A DNA stretch of 64,000 nucleotides from Nitrosopumilus sp. (GTDB lineage: Archaea > Thermoproteota > Nitrososphaeria > Nitrososphaerales > Nitrosopumilaceae): NCBI GenBank assembly GCA_965203315.1, contig OZ241857.1, forward strand, positions 352,001-416,000, read 5' to 3'. The translations under genes were made by a program, and so were the position numbers. Numbering within the stretch: the stretch's first letter is position 1; the number at the start of each line of letters is the position of its first letter. The notes beneath the pieces were generated by a model. The model was not told where the DNA came from. It did not search any database and worked only from the letters and a program-made list of their open reading frames with translations. This document shows, piece after piece, positions 9,886-20,900 of this stretch.

Positions 9886-11637
9886 ATGGAACAAATTAAT
9901 AACATAGATATCAGATTTCCAGACCCATATGGAATAAAGAATGCATTACGCAACTGTAATGTACAAAATCCAGAATTTTTAGACATTACATTAAAATCAT
10001 ACAAAATACTCTCAAGATTCAAAAATAAAAAATTACACATAAAAGAATTTCTTGATGCGAATGAGAATGTCAGTATATTTGATCATCAAATACTTGCAGC
10101 ACAAAAAATAAAAAACAGTTTTGGAGGAACTGCTCTGCTTGCCGATGAAGTAGGACTTGGAAAAACTGTGGAGGCAGGAATAATAATCAAAGAATTTATC
10201 ACTACGGATCTTGCAAAAAAGATATTAATTCTTGCACCACCATCACTTTTACCGCAGTGGCAAGATGAACTCCGAAACAAATTTGACCTTGATTTTATAA
10301 ACCAAAAAGGAGACCCTCGATTTCATAATGCCATGTCACATGACCTACTTATAATGTCTCATTCATCTGCTACATATCCAAAACATGCCAACTTACTAAA
10401 TTATGCTTACTGGGATTTGGTCGTAGTTGATGAAGCACACAGTATGAAAAATCCTGACACATTCAAGCACAAACTTGTCAAAAATCTTCCAAAACGTAAC
10501 CTGCTACTACTTACGGCAACCCCCATACAAAATAATCTAAAAGAACTTTACAACCTAATTGAACTCTTACGTCCAGGATATCTCGGCACATGGAAGCAAT
10601 TTAGAGAAAAATACTCTAGTGATCCTCAGTTCAGAATGATCAATTCTGAATATAGGAATGAATTACAGAATATTTTGTCTACGGTGGTTATTAGAACCAC
10701 CCGAAATGAAGTGAGAGAGTATATAAAAATGGCAGACAGAATTCCATCTACCAGAATACTTGAACCCACAGATGACGAAAAAAGACTTTATGATGAAATT
10801 ACTAGAATCATACAAGGTCAATACGTGACAAACGGAGACGCTTTTTCACTTATGATATATCAGAGGCTCGCATCTAGCAGTACTAGAGCATCAAAAAGAG
10901 TATTGTACAAGCTAAAAACAAATGGGGTAATTTCTTCAGAGCTGTATCAAAAGATAATGTCCGTGGCAGACAATATCCAGATCGATTCAAAGTTTTTGGC
11001 ACTGCTTGACATGGTACAAAAAAACACATCAAAGTTCCTCATATTTACCGAATTTCATGTGACGCAAGACTACATTCGAGACAATTTGGAACAAAACGGG
11101 TTCTCTGTTACTCTATTTAATGGAAAGATGAGTTATGGTGATCGACTTGAATCTGTGCAAAAATTCAAAGGCGATACACAAATAATGATATCTACTGCAG
11201 CAGGAGGCGAGGGACAAAACCTTCAATTCTGCCACAACATTGTAAATTATGATCTTCCATGGAATCCTATGCGGATAGAACAGCGAATAGGTAGAGTACA
11301 CAGAATAGGCCAAAAAAACGACGTGTACATATACAATTTTGCATTAAAAGGCACGATCGAGTCATATATTTTAGATCTTCTCTATGTCAAAATCAACCTG
11401 TTTCAGATGACTCTTGGAGATATGGACATTATGTTTGAGGATTCATGGGCAGGAGGTTCCCCACAAACGTGGTTTAAGGAATATATGAATGCATCAAGCG
11501 AAGAGGAAAGAATGAATAAATTTTCCTCAATAGGGAATGATTGGAAGGACCGTACAGCGACTGTAAACAATGCTATACATAGTTTTAATGTGAACGTGTT
11601 CAAGAATTTTGATCTATCTTCTAGGAGTGATAAATAA
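9886..11637 (+). CDS. SNF2-family helicase/ATPase (YqhH-like)
   Basis: LLADEVGLGKT, VVDEAH, LLTATPIQN, GGEGQNLQ, NYDLPWNPMRIEQRIGRVHRIGQ. Confidence 0.92.
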   Translation: MEQINNIDIRFPDPYGIKNALRNCNVQNPEFLDITLKSYKILSRFKNKKLHIKEFLDANENVSIFDHQILAAQKIKNSFGGTALLADEVGLGKTVEAGIIIKEFITTDLAKKILILAPPSLLPQWQDELRNKFDLDFINQKGDPRFHNAMSHDLLIMSHSSATYPKHANLLNYAYWDLVVVDEAHSMKNPDTFKHKLVKNLPKRNLLLLTATPIQNNLKELYNLIELLRPGYLGTWKQFREKYSSDPQFRMINSEYRNELQNILSTVVIRTTRNEVREYIKMADRIPSTRILEPTDDEKRLYDEITRIIQGQYVTNGDAFSLMIYQRLASSSTRASKRVLYKLKTNGVISSELYQKIMSVADNIQIDSKFLALLDMVQKNTSKFLIFTEFHVTQDYIRDNLEQNGFSVTLFNGKMSYGDRLESVQKFKGDTQIMISTAAGGEGQNLQFCHNIVNYDLPWNPMRIEQRIGRVHRIGQKNDVYIYNFALKGTIESYILDLLYVKINLFQMTLGDMDIMFEDSWAGGSPQTWFKEYMNASSEEERMNKFSSIGNDWKDRTATVNNAIHSFNVNVFKNFDLSSRSDK

Positions 11638-11638
11638 A

Positions 11639-12427
11639 ATGGATCAGAATGAGGACATAAGGGACTATGTACTAGAATTTTTTACAATAATTGGCTCCGA
11701 TATATCTAAAGTTGATAATTCAGTATATCACGTATCTGTGCCAGATCAGTACGTAATTTTTTTCAATAAACCGAAACTTGTGTTCACATTTGATGATAAT
11801 ATTGCTGCAAAATATGGGTGTGATCTGGTAAATGTGGGAAGTAATATACTATCTACAATCATTAGAATTTGTAGCACTATGGGCCCCATATCAATAAAAA
11901 AATCGAAAAGAGTGAGCAATGGACATATCGTGATTCGCTGTTATTTTTTTGTAAATTTTTTATCAATTAATAATTGGTCAGAAATATTATTCATAGATAT
12001 TGATTGGAATACGTTAAAACCTGTGACAATAAACACTTCTCTTGAAGATGGTAATTTTTCTTTGGATATGATAAAAAATGATCCAAAAAAAATCACAGCA
12101 GTATATGCATCTGCACTAAATGAGATCAAAACAAAATGTATTGATTTTAAATTGAAGTTTTTAGATGATGTCAATACTTTATTTCAGAACGATTTTAAGT
12201 TGCTAGTTGAAAAATATGACACGCAAATACGCGAGTTAGATACAGCAATTAATGATAAGGCAAAAACTTTGGATAATGCAACAAAATCCAGTGAATTTAG
12301 ATTTGATACTGTGAAAAAAATTGAGTCTATAGAAAAAGAGAAATCCATGGTAGCAGAGACACTACAAAGAAAATATCGTGTCACGTTAGAGTACAAGCTT
12401 GTTGCATGCGAAATAATCTTAAACTGA
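11639..12427 (+). CDS. SNF2 partner protein (YqhG-like, C-terminal coiled coil)
   Basis: ATG 1 bp after helicase stop; IRDYVLEFF...LVFTFD...LVNVGSNIL and C-terminal coiled coil ending KYRVTLEYKLV, as I recall for YqhG-like partners. Confidence 0.55.
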   Translation: MDQNEDIRDYVLEFFTIIGSDISKVDNSVYHVSVPDQYVIFFNKPKLVFTFDDNIAAKYGCDLVNVGSNILSTIIRICSTMGPISIKKSKRVSNGHIVIRCYFFVNFLSINNWSEILFIDIDWNTLKPVTINTSLEDGNFSLDMIKNDPKKITAVYASALNEIKTKCIDFKLKFLDDVNTLFQNDFKLLVEKYDTQIRELDTAINDKAKTLDNATKSSEFRFDTVKKIESIEKEKSMVAETLQRKYRVTLEYKLVACEIILN

Positions 12428-12588
12428 TTGCATGTTTGCCTGATAGTGGAATCTAAGTTCTAAACCATCATCAGCTGACTAACAACAAGATTGAAAACTG
12501 TTTAAGATTATCAAGGATCGTAACACTACAAAAGCGTAGAGTAGCCCAAGTACACAATGAGCATCTATGTTCTTTGCACTGTGTAGAG

Positions 12589-12703
12589 GGATCTTTTTGA
12601 TTTACATGGGGTAGAATTTTTACAGAAAAAGTACCAAGATCTCATGGGGGTGTTTACAGAAAAAGTCTTGTAAACTTTTATCCAACATAAATCTAAAAGA
12701 TCC
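12589..12703. mobile_element. MITE family B (~115 bp, GGATC...GATCC ends)
   Basis: TIR GGATCTTTTTGATTTA / TAAATCTAAAAGATCC; internal TTACAGAAAAA shared with other copies. Confidence 0.8.
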
Positions 12704-12855
12704 ATAGAGTGCGTGAGTAGTAAAACAGACACCTGCGATCAAGACGATCAACGGTGCGATCAGGAAAACAATACAAAATTCTAACATTGGCTTTGTGTGG
12801 GGTTTGATAGCCACTGAGGGCATCGTATATCCAATCATCAAACCTTTTTATTGAT

Positions 12856-13725
12856 ATGGGCGGAGTGAAATACATGGAAGAGAAGTTTGAGTATATTCCT
12901 TTGGAAAAAATTCAAGTTCAAAAACATAACGTCCGCATACATGACATAGACCAAGGAATCGAAGAGCTGGCTCAGAGCATAAAGTCACTTGGATTATTAC
13001 AGCCAATTGCAGCATATTTTAACTCTAAAACAAGTGAGTATGTGATTCTTACTGGGCAACGAAGACTTAATGCATACCATTTGCTTAACAAAGAATATCC
13101 TGGAGAAGTATACGATAAAATTCAATGTAAAATAATACCTGAGCCAGAATCTGATGATAAAAAGAAAGCTCTATCCCTCGCTGAGAATATTACGCAAAAC
13201 CAAATGACTAATAGCGATCTCATAAAAGCAGTTACAGATCTGTGGAACATATATGGAGATTATGAAATGGTTAAAGAAGAATTCGGAATTACTAAAAAAC
13301 AAGTTGACACATATGTCAGACTAGCAAGATTACCAGATGAAGTAAAAACAGCCATTCAAAATGGTGAGATACACCCCAACCCCAAAACTGCAGAAAGGAT
13401 TTCTTTGAAGGCTGTTGATGCGTTAGACTTTACTGTAAATGGCGAAACTCCAGTGAGGGACGTCATTGAATTAGCAAAAGAAATGGGTAAAAAGGAAAAC
13501 AATCCTGCAGACCTTGCAGATGAGGCAAAACGTGGAGGCACTAGTCAGGAAATAGTAAAAAGAGCCCGAGAGAAGAAGAAAATAAAACATCAAATTAATT
13601 TAACTCTAGAACATGCAGACAAACTTGAGCGCATATCTGAGTCAAATGGCGAAACTCCAGAGTCGAGAGCAACTCAATATGTTATAGATGGTGTAGACAA
13701 GGACTATAATGAGCTAGGTGATTAA
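12856..13725 (+). CDS. ParB/Srx-like NTPase-domain protein with HTH
   Basis: IEELAQSIKSLGLLQPI...YVILTGQRRLNA (GxRR), SLAENI; HTH region ITKKQVDTYVRLARLPDEV; no parA adjacent; start may be 12874. Confidence 0.85.
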   Translation: MGGVKYMEEKFEYIPLEKIQVQKHNVRIHDIDQGIEELAQSIKSLGLLQPIAAYFNSKTSEYVILTGQRRLNAYHLLNKEYPGEVYDKIQCKIIPEPESDDKKKALSLAENITQNQMTNSDLIKAVTDLWNIYGDYEMVKEEFGITKKQVDTYVRLARLPDEVKTAIQNGEIHPNPKTAERISLKAVDALDFTVNGETPVRDVIELAKEMGKKENNPADLADEAKRGGTSQEIVKRAREKKKIKHQINLTLEHADKLERISESNGETPESRATQYVIDGVDKDYNELGD

Positions 13726-14512
13726 ACTGAGCAAATTTGTGTTGGATACACAGGAATATGCCAAGTTACTAAATAGTGTAGGGCAACAAGGTGCAAAAAC
13801 TAGTAAAAGGCGCCCATTAACTCCAATACAATGCGCAGAATATATACAAAAACTTGTTGAAGCAGAACCGGAAAGCAAGGATAAAATTGCAAAGAGACTG
13901 AGTCTTGGCAAGCCCAAAAACGTGACAAATATGTACAAAAAGCGCGATACATCTCAGATCCAGATGTTTTTAAATTTACTAAAACTTTCTTCCAAAAGCA
14001 GGCAACATGCAGGGTGGCAATATGATGGATATCCTTACATTCCATTTAGCACCATGGCACAACTTGCAACAATGAAAAACCTGACCTCTCAGGAACAAGA
14101 CATGATAATTCAATCAATACATAATTCAAAAAATAAAAAACGCGTGTTAGGAAAGGAAGATATTAAAAAGATAAAAAAATGGCGTAATGAAAACCCTGAT
14201 TTGTCGATTGAGGAATGCATTAAAACAGTATTTGATCTCAAGCCAGTAACAACAGTTAACCATATAATCATAATAGAAATACACAATAGCCTTCAAGAAT
14301 TTATAAATTCCCACGATGATTATGGGGAAAAAATACTATATATGTTAAGAAATAACCTTCCGGGTGAATTTTATGACATAACTGCAGGAGAATCTGCAAT
14401 GTCAATATCTATGAATGAAGATGCATATAAAATATTCCATGAACATCAATACATGAAAAAAATATCATACACAAAATTTTTCAACAAATTTTTGGAGAAT
14501 AAAATTGAATGA
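13718..14512 (+). CDS. ParB-HTH-like protein lacking the NTPase domain
   Basis: RRPLTPIQCAEYIQKLVE...IAKRLSLGK...SQIQMFLNLLKL resembles the ParB/KorB HTH; overlaps both neighbours by 8 bp. Confidence 0.55.
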   Translation: MIKLSKFVLDTQEYAKLLNSVGQQGAKTSKRRPLTPIQCAEYIQKLVEAEPESKDKIAKRLSLGKPKNVTNMYKKRDTSQIQMFLNLLKLSSKSRQHAGWQYDGYPYIPFSTMAQLATMKNLTSQEQDMIIQSIHNSKNKKRVLGKEDIKKIKKWRNENPDLSIEECIKTVFDLKPVTTVNHIIIIEIHNSLQEFINSHDDYGEKILYMLRNNLPGEFYDITAGESAMSISMNEDAYKIFHEHQYMKKISYTKFFNKFLENKIE

Positions 14513-15554
14513 CACAGTAGACATTATTTGCAATCAAAATCAATTCAGGAATTGCCCCATAAAGCTTGACGGCATAACGTGCGACGGGTATGATGAAAAC
14601 ACCAAGATAGGTGTTTTTTCACACTTTCATCATAATCATATAGAAAGTATGCCGATATGTATTTCAACATACGATACGCTGATAACACACAAGCTGACTT
14701 TTGAAGGGATAAATGCACTGCAACCAGGGATGAGATTGAGAGAACAGTGGGTAACTCTGGATTATGATACTGCATATGTTTTTGCTGAGGGAACAATAAG
14801 ACTACTGAAAGCAAATCACATTCCTGGTTCATCACAGGTCTATGTAGAATCCAATGGAAAATCATTACTATATTCGGGTGACTTTAGTTATCCTGATGTG
14901 CAGATCAGACAGGCAGATTACTTGGTAATAGATTCCACACATGGAGATCCTTGGATGGATAGTAACACTGACAGGAAATCAGTACAAAATCGTATGTTTG
15001 AATATATTAAAGAAAATATTGAATTGTATAAACAAATAGTTATCCAAGTTCCTACTGGGACTCTACAGGAAATAGTCAAACACCTTGAAATTGGATATGG
15101 GAGAAAGATGCCTGATGACATCTATTTCGTCATGGATAAAAAACAAGAAAATATTTTGCACAGTATTTATGAAAGTGTTAAAAAAGAGTTTAGAAAAATT
15201 GTGGAATATCAATCGTCAGAGTTCTGGAACAACGTAAGAAACAACAAAAAATGTTTAATTTTTACCACACAATTAAATATATTGGACGAAGAGTTACGCG
15301 AATTTCATAAGATTATTATTGATAGGTATAGATTAACAAAAGAACAGCCCACTATAATTCCTATCAATCATGGATGTAGATTTAACTTGGCAGCACATGC
15401 ATCAATAAATGGCATATATGAATACATTGCATCGGTTAATCCAAAATACGTTATAACTGATAATTCTCGAAGCGGTTATGCCAAACAGCTTGCCAAACTA
15501 ATTGAACAGAAATTTCCACACATCAAGACTGATTACAAGCCTCATTTAGATTAA
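14505..15554 (+). CDS. Metallo-beta-lactamase / beta-CASP nuclease (SNM1/Artemis-like)
   Basis: SHFHHNH, ANHIPGS, LYSGDF, LVIDSTHG, LAAHAS motifs. Confidence 0.82.
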   Translation: MNDTVDIICNQNQFRNCPIKLDGITCDGYDENTKIGVFSHFHHNHIESMPICISTYDTLITHKLTFEGINALQPGMRLREQWVTLDYDTAYVFAEGTIRLLKANHIPGSSQVYVESNGKSLLYSGDFSYPDVQIRQADYLVIDSTHGDPWMDSNTDRKSVQNRMFEYIKENIELYKQIVIQVPTGTLQEIVKHLEIGYGRKMPDDIYFVMDKKQENILHSIYESVKKEFRKIVEYQSSEFWNNVRNNKKCLIFTTQLNILDEELREFHKIIIDRYRLTKEQPTIIPINHGCRFNLAAHASINGIYEYIASVNPKYVITDNSRSGYAKQLAKLIEQKFPHIKTDYKPHLD

Positions 15555-15558
15555 CTCA

Positions 15559-17658
15559 CTATTTGGAGCATTGATCGTCATACCATCTTCTAAGATCTTT
15601 GTATTCTGAAGGCAGTTCGTATGGTAGTGGGGCTATTCTGCATCCTTCTCTGCTAGGATGATATGGTTCGCCTCTTTTGTATAGTCTGTACATGCCTAGA
15701 CTTGTACGATATAATTTTCTGTGAGATTTAGATGATCCTGGAATATTGGCTACACAAACCCAAGATATGTTGTAGTATAATGTCTTAAGAGAAGCACTGC
15801 ATAATTTTTGCTCGCTTATCTGCCATATTATCTCTTTATTTGTAAATACGCGACTCATTCCATCTTTCTGTTGTAATGTCGCAACAGCTATCCAAACAGC
15901 TGTGGCAATACGCAACTTACCACCCTCTATCCGATCGCTATTCTTCACCTTTTTGTCTTTTTTAGCTAGTGATTCTATATTTTTGACTCGGTTTGCAATC
16001 AATCGTGCCAAGTTCACTATCTTATCTTGATTGTTCTCTTCACCCTCCCATTCGTAATAATCTGTTGCAAAAAGTGCTATGTGTAATCCTAGCTGAGGAT
16101 CTGAATGAAGTCCACTCTCATTAAGTTTCCTTAACTCGTCAGGAAGTCGCCACGGCGTTCTCACGTGCAGCAAGATATCTTTCTTTGAGATTTTAGGGTG
16201 GTTATGTACTATTTCGTGCAAGGATTTCACATTGATGAATTCTAGAGTGAGAGTTCGTTGTAGCGGTTTTTTTATATTTTTCTTGTTTGTTTTATATGAT
16301 TCTAGTACTTGTTGCACTATGTTATTTAAATCGTCTGTCGTGAGTAGTGATTTGCTCTGTTTCACTGTTACGTGACCACGTGTCTGAGAATTTGATTCGG
16401 GGACATCATCTTTTAATTTGGTCGGGCTTGCTGGATAATTAAACTCGAATAGGTAATCTAAGAACACATCTTGGTGTTTTATTTCTTTTATGGAAATACT
16501 GTCTATTCTTTTTAGCCTATCTTTAAGTCGAATCCTATCCTTTTTGGGTATCTCAAGTTGAGAACAAAGATCGGAAAAACACACTCCATCGGTACTTGTC
16601 TTTATGATGTGTAGTGCCTTAGAGGTTAGACTATCAAGGGCATCTGTGGGTTGAGATGGTTCGGATTCACGTATATCTAGTTTATCGAGATTACGCAAAA
16701 ACACCCTGTCGATTCTAGATGGATTTTGTTGTAATATGTCTAAACCGAATTTTGATATGTAAAACACTTTTGGTCTCTTCTCCAACAATCCGGAGCGTGT
16801 CATATACGTCTTGGCCCAACTAATCCTTGTAGAAAAGTAATTTCCTCGAGATGGTTTTTCTAACTCAAGATTCTGTTTAGATATCTTAAAGTATGATGCC
16901 AAATATTCTTTTACTTCGGAGGCTCTTCTTTCACGCTCATCTGCCAGAAATTTCAGTATGGGCAACATAATGTCTTCAAATGTTGGAAGTGGAACAGCTT
17001 TTGTAGTGTTTCTGTACCACGGATCATATCCCAATCTATACAAGAAATGCTCCCACGACTTAAATTCTAACTCGTATTGTTTTGTATCGAATCTAGAGTT
17101 CTTATCCATATCTTGTTTTGTGGGTGTGTGTCCAAGCAGATGTTGGATCCTCTCAAACTCCATAATCATTGACACCTTGTTTGGTTCTTTTGAGCATGCA
17201 AGATCTATTATCTGATTTATGTCTGCACCAAACTCTCTTTCTAAGTCAACTACGGACAATGTATTTGGAAGAAATTCATCGATATTTTTATCGTGGTTAT
17301 CAGGTCCTCTTGCCACGATTGCTATTCCAAGGTCCCTTAACATAGATGCACGTCGTTTGTTAAAATAAGAGAGATTTATTCCATCATTATTGGGGTTTTT
17401 TGTCTCGCTGTTTCTTAATTTTTCCTTATATTTCAAATTTCTGGGCTTTTGTCTTATTCTATAATTACAACAGTTACAAAACCACCCCAAAGAATCTGAA
17501 TCTGCTGGTGTTCCGTCCTTAAGATGTGCTCCCTTGTGGCTTATCCATATGTCACATATTTGACACCGTCCCTGCCCAGAACTATACCTGCCTTTTCCTG
17601 TGGGTTTTTTTACACCGTACCTTTTACATATTCCGTTACATATTCTCTTTGGATCCAT
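15559..17658 (-). CDS. Mosaic DNA-binding protein: Cys-rich Zn finger, homing-endonuclease-associated repeat, Mrr_N, wHTH, ParB-HTH-like, C-terminal conserved domain
   Basis: CNGIC...RCQIC...CNCCNYRIRQKPRN; LGHTPT...YELEFKSW; LPTFEDIMLPILKFLAD...RISWAKTYM..SGLL (Mrr_N); no Mrr catalytic motif seen. Confidence 0.7.
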   Translation of the reverse strand: MDPKRICNGICKRYGVKKPTGKGRYSSGQGRCQICDIWISHKGAHLKDGTPADSDSLGWFCNCCNYRIRQKPRNLKYKEKLRNSETKNPNNDGINLSYFNKRRASMLRDLGIAIVARGPDNHDKNIDEFLPNTLSVVDLEREFGADINQIIDLACSKEPNKVSMIMEFERIQHLLGHTPTKQDMDKNSRFDTKQYELEFKSWEHFLYRLGYDPWYRNTTKAVPLPTFEDIMLPILKFLADERERRASEVKEYLASYFKISKQNLELEKPSRGNYFSTRISWAKTYMTRSGLLEKRPKVFYISKFGLDILQQNPSRIDRVFLRNLDKLDIRESEPSQPTDALDSLTSKALHIIKTSTDGVCFSDLCSQLEIPKKDRIRLKDRLKRIDSISIKEIKHQDVFLDYLFEFNYPASPTKLKDDVPESNSQTRGHVTVKQSKSLLTTDDLNNIVQQVLESYKTNKKNIKKPLQRTLTLEFINVKSLHEIVHNHPKISKKDILLHVRTPWRLPDELRKLNESGLHSDPQLGLHIALFATDYYEWEGEENNQDKIVNLARLIANRVKNIESLAKKDKKVKNSDRIEGGKLRIATAVWIAVATLQQKDGMSRVFTNKEIIWQISEQKLCSASLKTLYYNISWVCVANIPGSSKSHRKLYRTSLGMYRLYKRGEPYHPSREGCRIAPLPYELPSEYKDLRRWYDDQCSK

Positions 17659-17920
17659 ACACTATTGCCAATCGTCATTCCAATAAATCTATATACATCA
17701 ACTGACACTAGTCTGCATACGTATTTCTAAATGGGCCTCTGCACAACATCACGCAACTATCAACGTAGGCCTTGTCATACATCTCGTGTATATGGAACAG
17801 TCCTCACCACATCTTGGTTCATAAACATGTCCTGACAACCGTCTCACTGTGTTGAGCATGATATCACATGCAATTCACATCGAACAGTACATAAACGAGC
17901 ACTAGTTTTGTACATATGTC

Positions 17921-20900
17921 CTAGTCTTTTGTGTCATTCCCACTCGGAACATCCACATCTTCTAATGTGGGAATTTTTGTACTGTCACTAAACCTTCCAA
18001 CAATATCGATCTGCTCTGTAGTAGAGTCTCCGCCAAAGAGCGTTGCATGTGCCATGACAGAATACGTGCCCGTCTGATTTATTGGAATATAGATGACAGT
18101 GGACGTCTCATCTTTATTCTTGATTGGATAGAATCCTCCACCTTCACTAAACGATGATACTCCCAACCAATCAAGCGATGGCCAATCATTCAATTCACCA
18201 AAGACACCTGATGGAACGTTGGTCTGGACGATTCTTCCTACAGGGTCCATAACAAATAGCGCAAGACTGGTATCTTTATTGTACCACGATACCTCTAGAA
18301 CAGCCGAGTCAGTAGAGTTGTCTTGAATATCAAAGTAGAACTGTCTCCAGTCTCCTGCCATATATCTACTCGTCATGTCAAAGGCACCCTTGATGTATCC
18401 TGTACCATACAACACATCACTGCTGTTTGTACCATGTACAACAATCACATCATTGCTGTGTGTTACGGGCTCTTTTACAACAAACGATACGGGTGAATTT
18501 ACCGTATGATGGTCACCAACAAATGTCAAGAATCCTTGATAGACTCCTGTACTGTACACATTTGGTACAACCAGAGTTATATCTACAGTCTCGGTGGATC
18601 GTGGAGGTATCTCTATACTCTGACTGGATGTCCATACCAGTGGCCACCTCTCTTTGGCGTAATAACTAGCAGATAGCGTATAGTTCATCGCAGTTGCATT
18701 ATGCTTTGTATCGCCAACCCAGTACGAGTACTTTACAGGTACAGGATATATCCCTACTAGCGGAACTCCCTCAAATTGTTCAGTTGGCATGTTGACTCGC
18801 AACTCTTGTACAGTCCCCCACGAGCCACCCCTGTTCACCATGACTAGTTCGTCACTATCGATATCTGTATCATCATCGCCGTCGATCCAGTCATATACGT
18901 ACAGAGATGATATCTGGAGATCATCTGCATATGTGGTTGTATCGTTCAGAAACGTATCAAAGTCAAAGTTCACGTTCAGTACCATCAGTGTAGCGGTATC
19001 GGGGATATATCTCTCGTCAAACAACTCTTTGAGTGACGTATGGCTGTGTACATCTGCCAATCTGACATAGTTTGGTACCAGTATACTCGACTTGTTATGT
19101 ACAGGATCTTGTTCTCTCGGTACAGTAACTCCGGTAAACGTCTCTTGACCAACTAGAGATAATCTCTGTGGTATGATATCAACTCTGATCGTATCGTTTG
19201 ATGGATTATGTATGGTATACGTTGTAGTGCTGCGTTCTCCTGCCATCAACTGACCTGCAAACCAACTCGCCATCTGCATAGATTTGTCTGGCAACTTGAA
19301 TCTATCGAGACCAATCGTACTCGAGTTTACATTTTCCATAGCAGGTGACAAGACCTGTAATACATTATGGAATGATCCATCATTGTATGCTGAGAATGTA
19401 CCGTCTGTACCATTGATGTATCGAACAGCTGCATACACATCAACCAGCCCTGCCCCTTGTGTAAATGGATCATTATACAGATCATCTGCACTAGACATCA
19501 AGATACGTTTCAACACAAACGGATCATAGTCAAAGCCATTCTCTCTACTGGCTTCGATCAATACCGCAGCTGCGCCAGCAATCATCGGTGCAGCCATGCT
19601 AGTTCCACCGTATAACCTAAAAGGCTCCACAGTAGAGTCTTTCTTGGACAACACACTCGATGGTGTAAACGAGTATGCTCCAGTACCCATGATATCGGGC
19701 TTTGGATCACCTATTATACTAGGACCGCGACTAGAAAAGTCTACTATATGATTCTGATGTATCGTCTTGTTTCCAAATCTTGGCTGATCCTTGAATGGAC
19801 CATACCCTACAAATACATTATTTGTGGTCGCACCCACAGATACACTAAACGGTGATCCTCCAGGAAGACTGATCGTTCCATAACCATGTCCTGCATTACC
19901 TGCACTGGTTATCATCAGTACGCCACCATAGTCGTCGTGTAACGATTGAGGTACAGTCAGCACTCCAATTATCAACGATAGTATGTCCATTCCAGGTGCT
20001 CTCTCTAGTCCTGGAAAAGTGGACACCCCCCAACTGTTCGATATGATATCTGCGCGTGAATTACCTGTAAACTTCCATGTACCGTTGGTATTATCAAAAC
20101 CAGCTGCCCACAACCAGCCATACACGACATCACCGAACCATAGTGCCTTTATTGGAACTATCTTGGCGTCTGGTGCTACACCAGTTATGGTATACTCGCG
20201 AGTATCGTTGTACACATGATATATAGATACGCCCCTAGACGTTATCGTTGCAGCGCTAGACGTACCGTGTCCATCAAAGTCTGTCATCACTCCAAAGAAA
20301 TCGCCGTTGGGATCTAGTGCGGGTAACAGTGTTCCGTTTACTGCGCCTAGATGATCGTCTATGTGAGACTCGTCATCATGTATCGCACCATAAATATCCA
20401 AGACTCGTGCTCCAACCGTACCTGCTGTATAGTCATCTCGTCCATCACGATTCGAGTCGTACACTAGAAACTCGTTTCCACTTCCTAAAACTATTGGTCT
20501 CTCGTCTGTAAAGTCAAAGTCATAGTTTGGCCTCTTGCCATCTTTGAGATCAAACCTCGTAAAGTCCTTCCAAGATGTAGACATGTCCGGAATTATCGTG
20601 TCATATATGCCAGCCTTGAACGAGTCTACAACTAGAATCGGCACAACTTGAATTCGAGCCAGTGGTCCATCTAGCGAACCCTGATACATCACGCCCAGCT
20701 TGTATATGCCGCTTGCAGATTTGATATAGTTGTGTCTATCTCGTCCTATCTTCATATCTTTGTCTAGTGTACCGTTAAACACTATAGAGTTGCCTCCAGC
20801 TGGAAAGAAAGAGTTGTAGATGGATATTACAGTTCCCTTGTTGTTCTTGTTTATGTCTAGAAAGACTCCTCGGTCAGATACATACACAGACGATGTCATG

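Noticed and set aside
9886-12427. Calling the SNF2 operon PbeABCD or DndFGH
   Set aside because: No PLD domain fused to the helicase and no PbeC- or DndH-like ATPase; sizes do not fit
12856-13725. Chromosome or plasmid partition locus
   Set aside because: No ParA gene or parS-like repeat array seen; the gene is coupled to a nuclease instead
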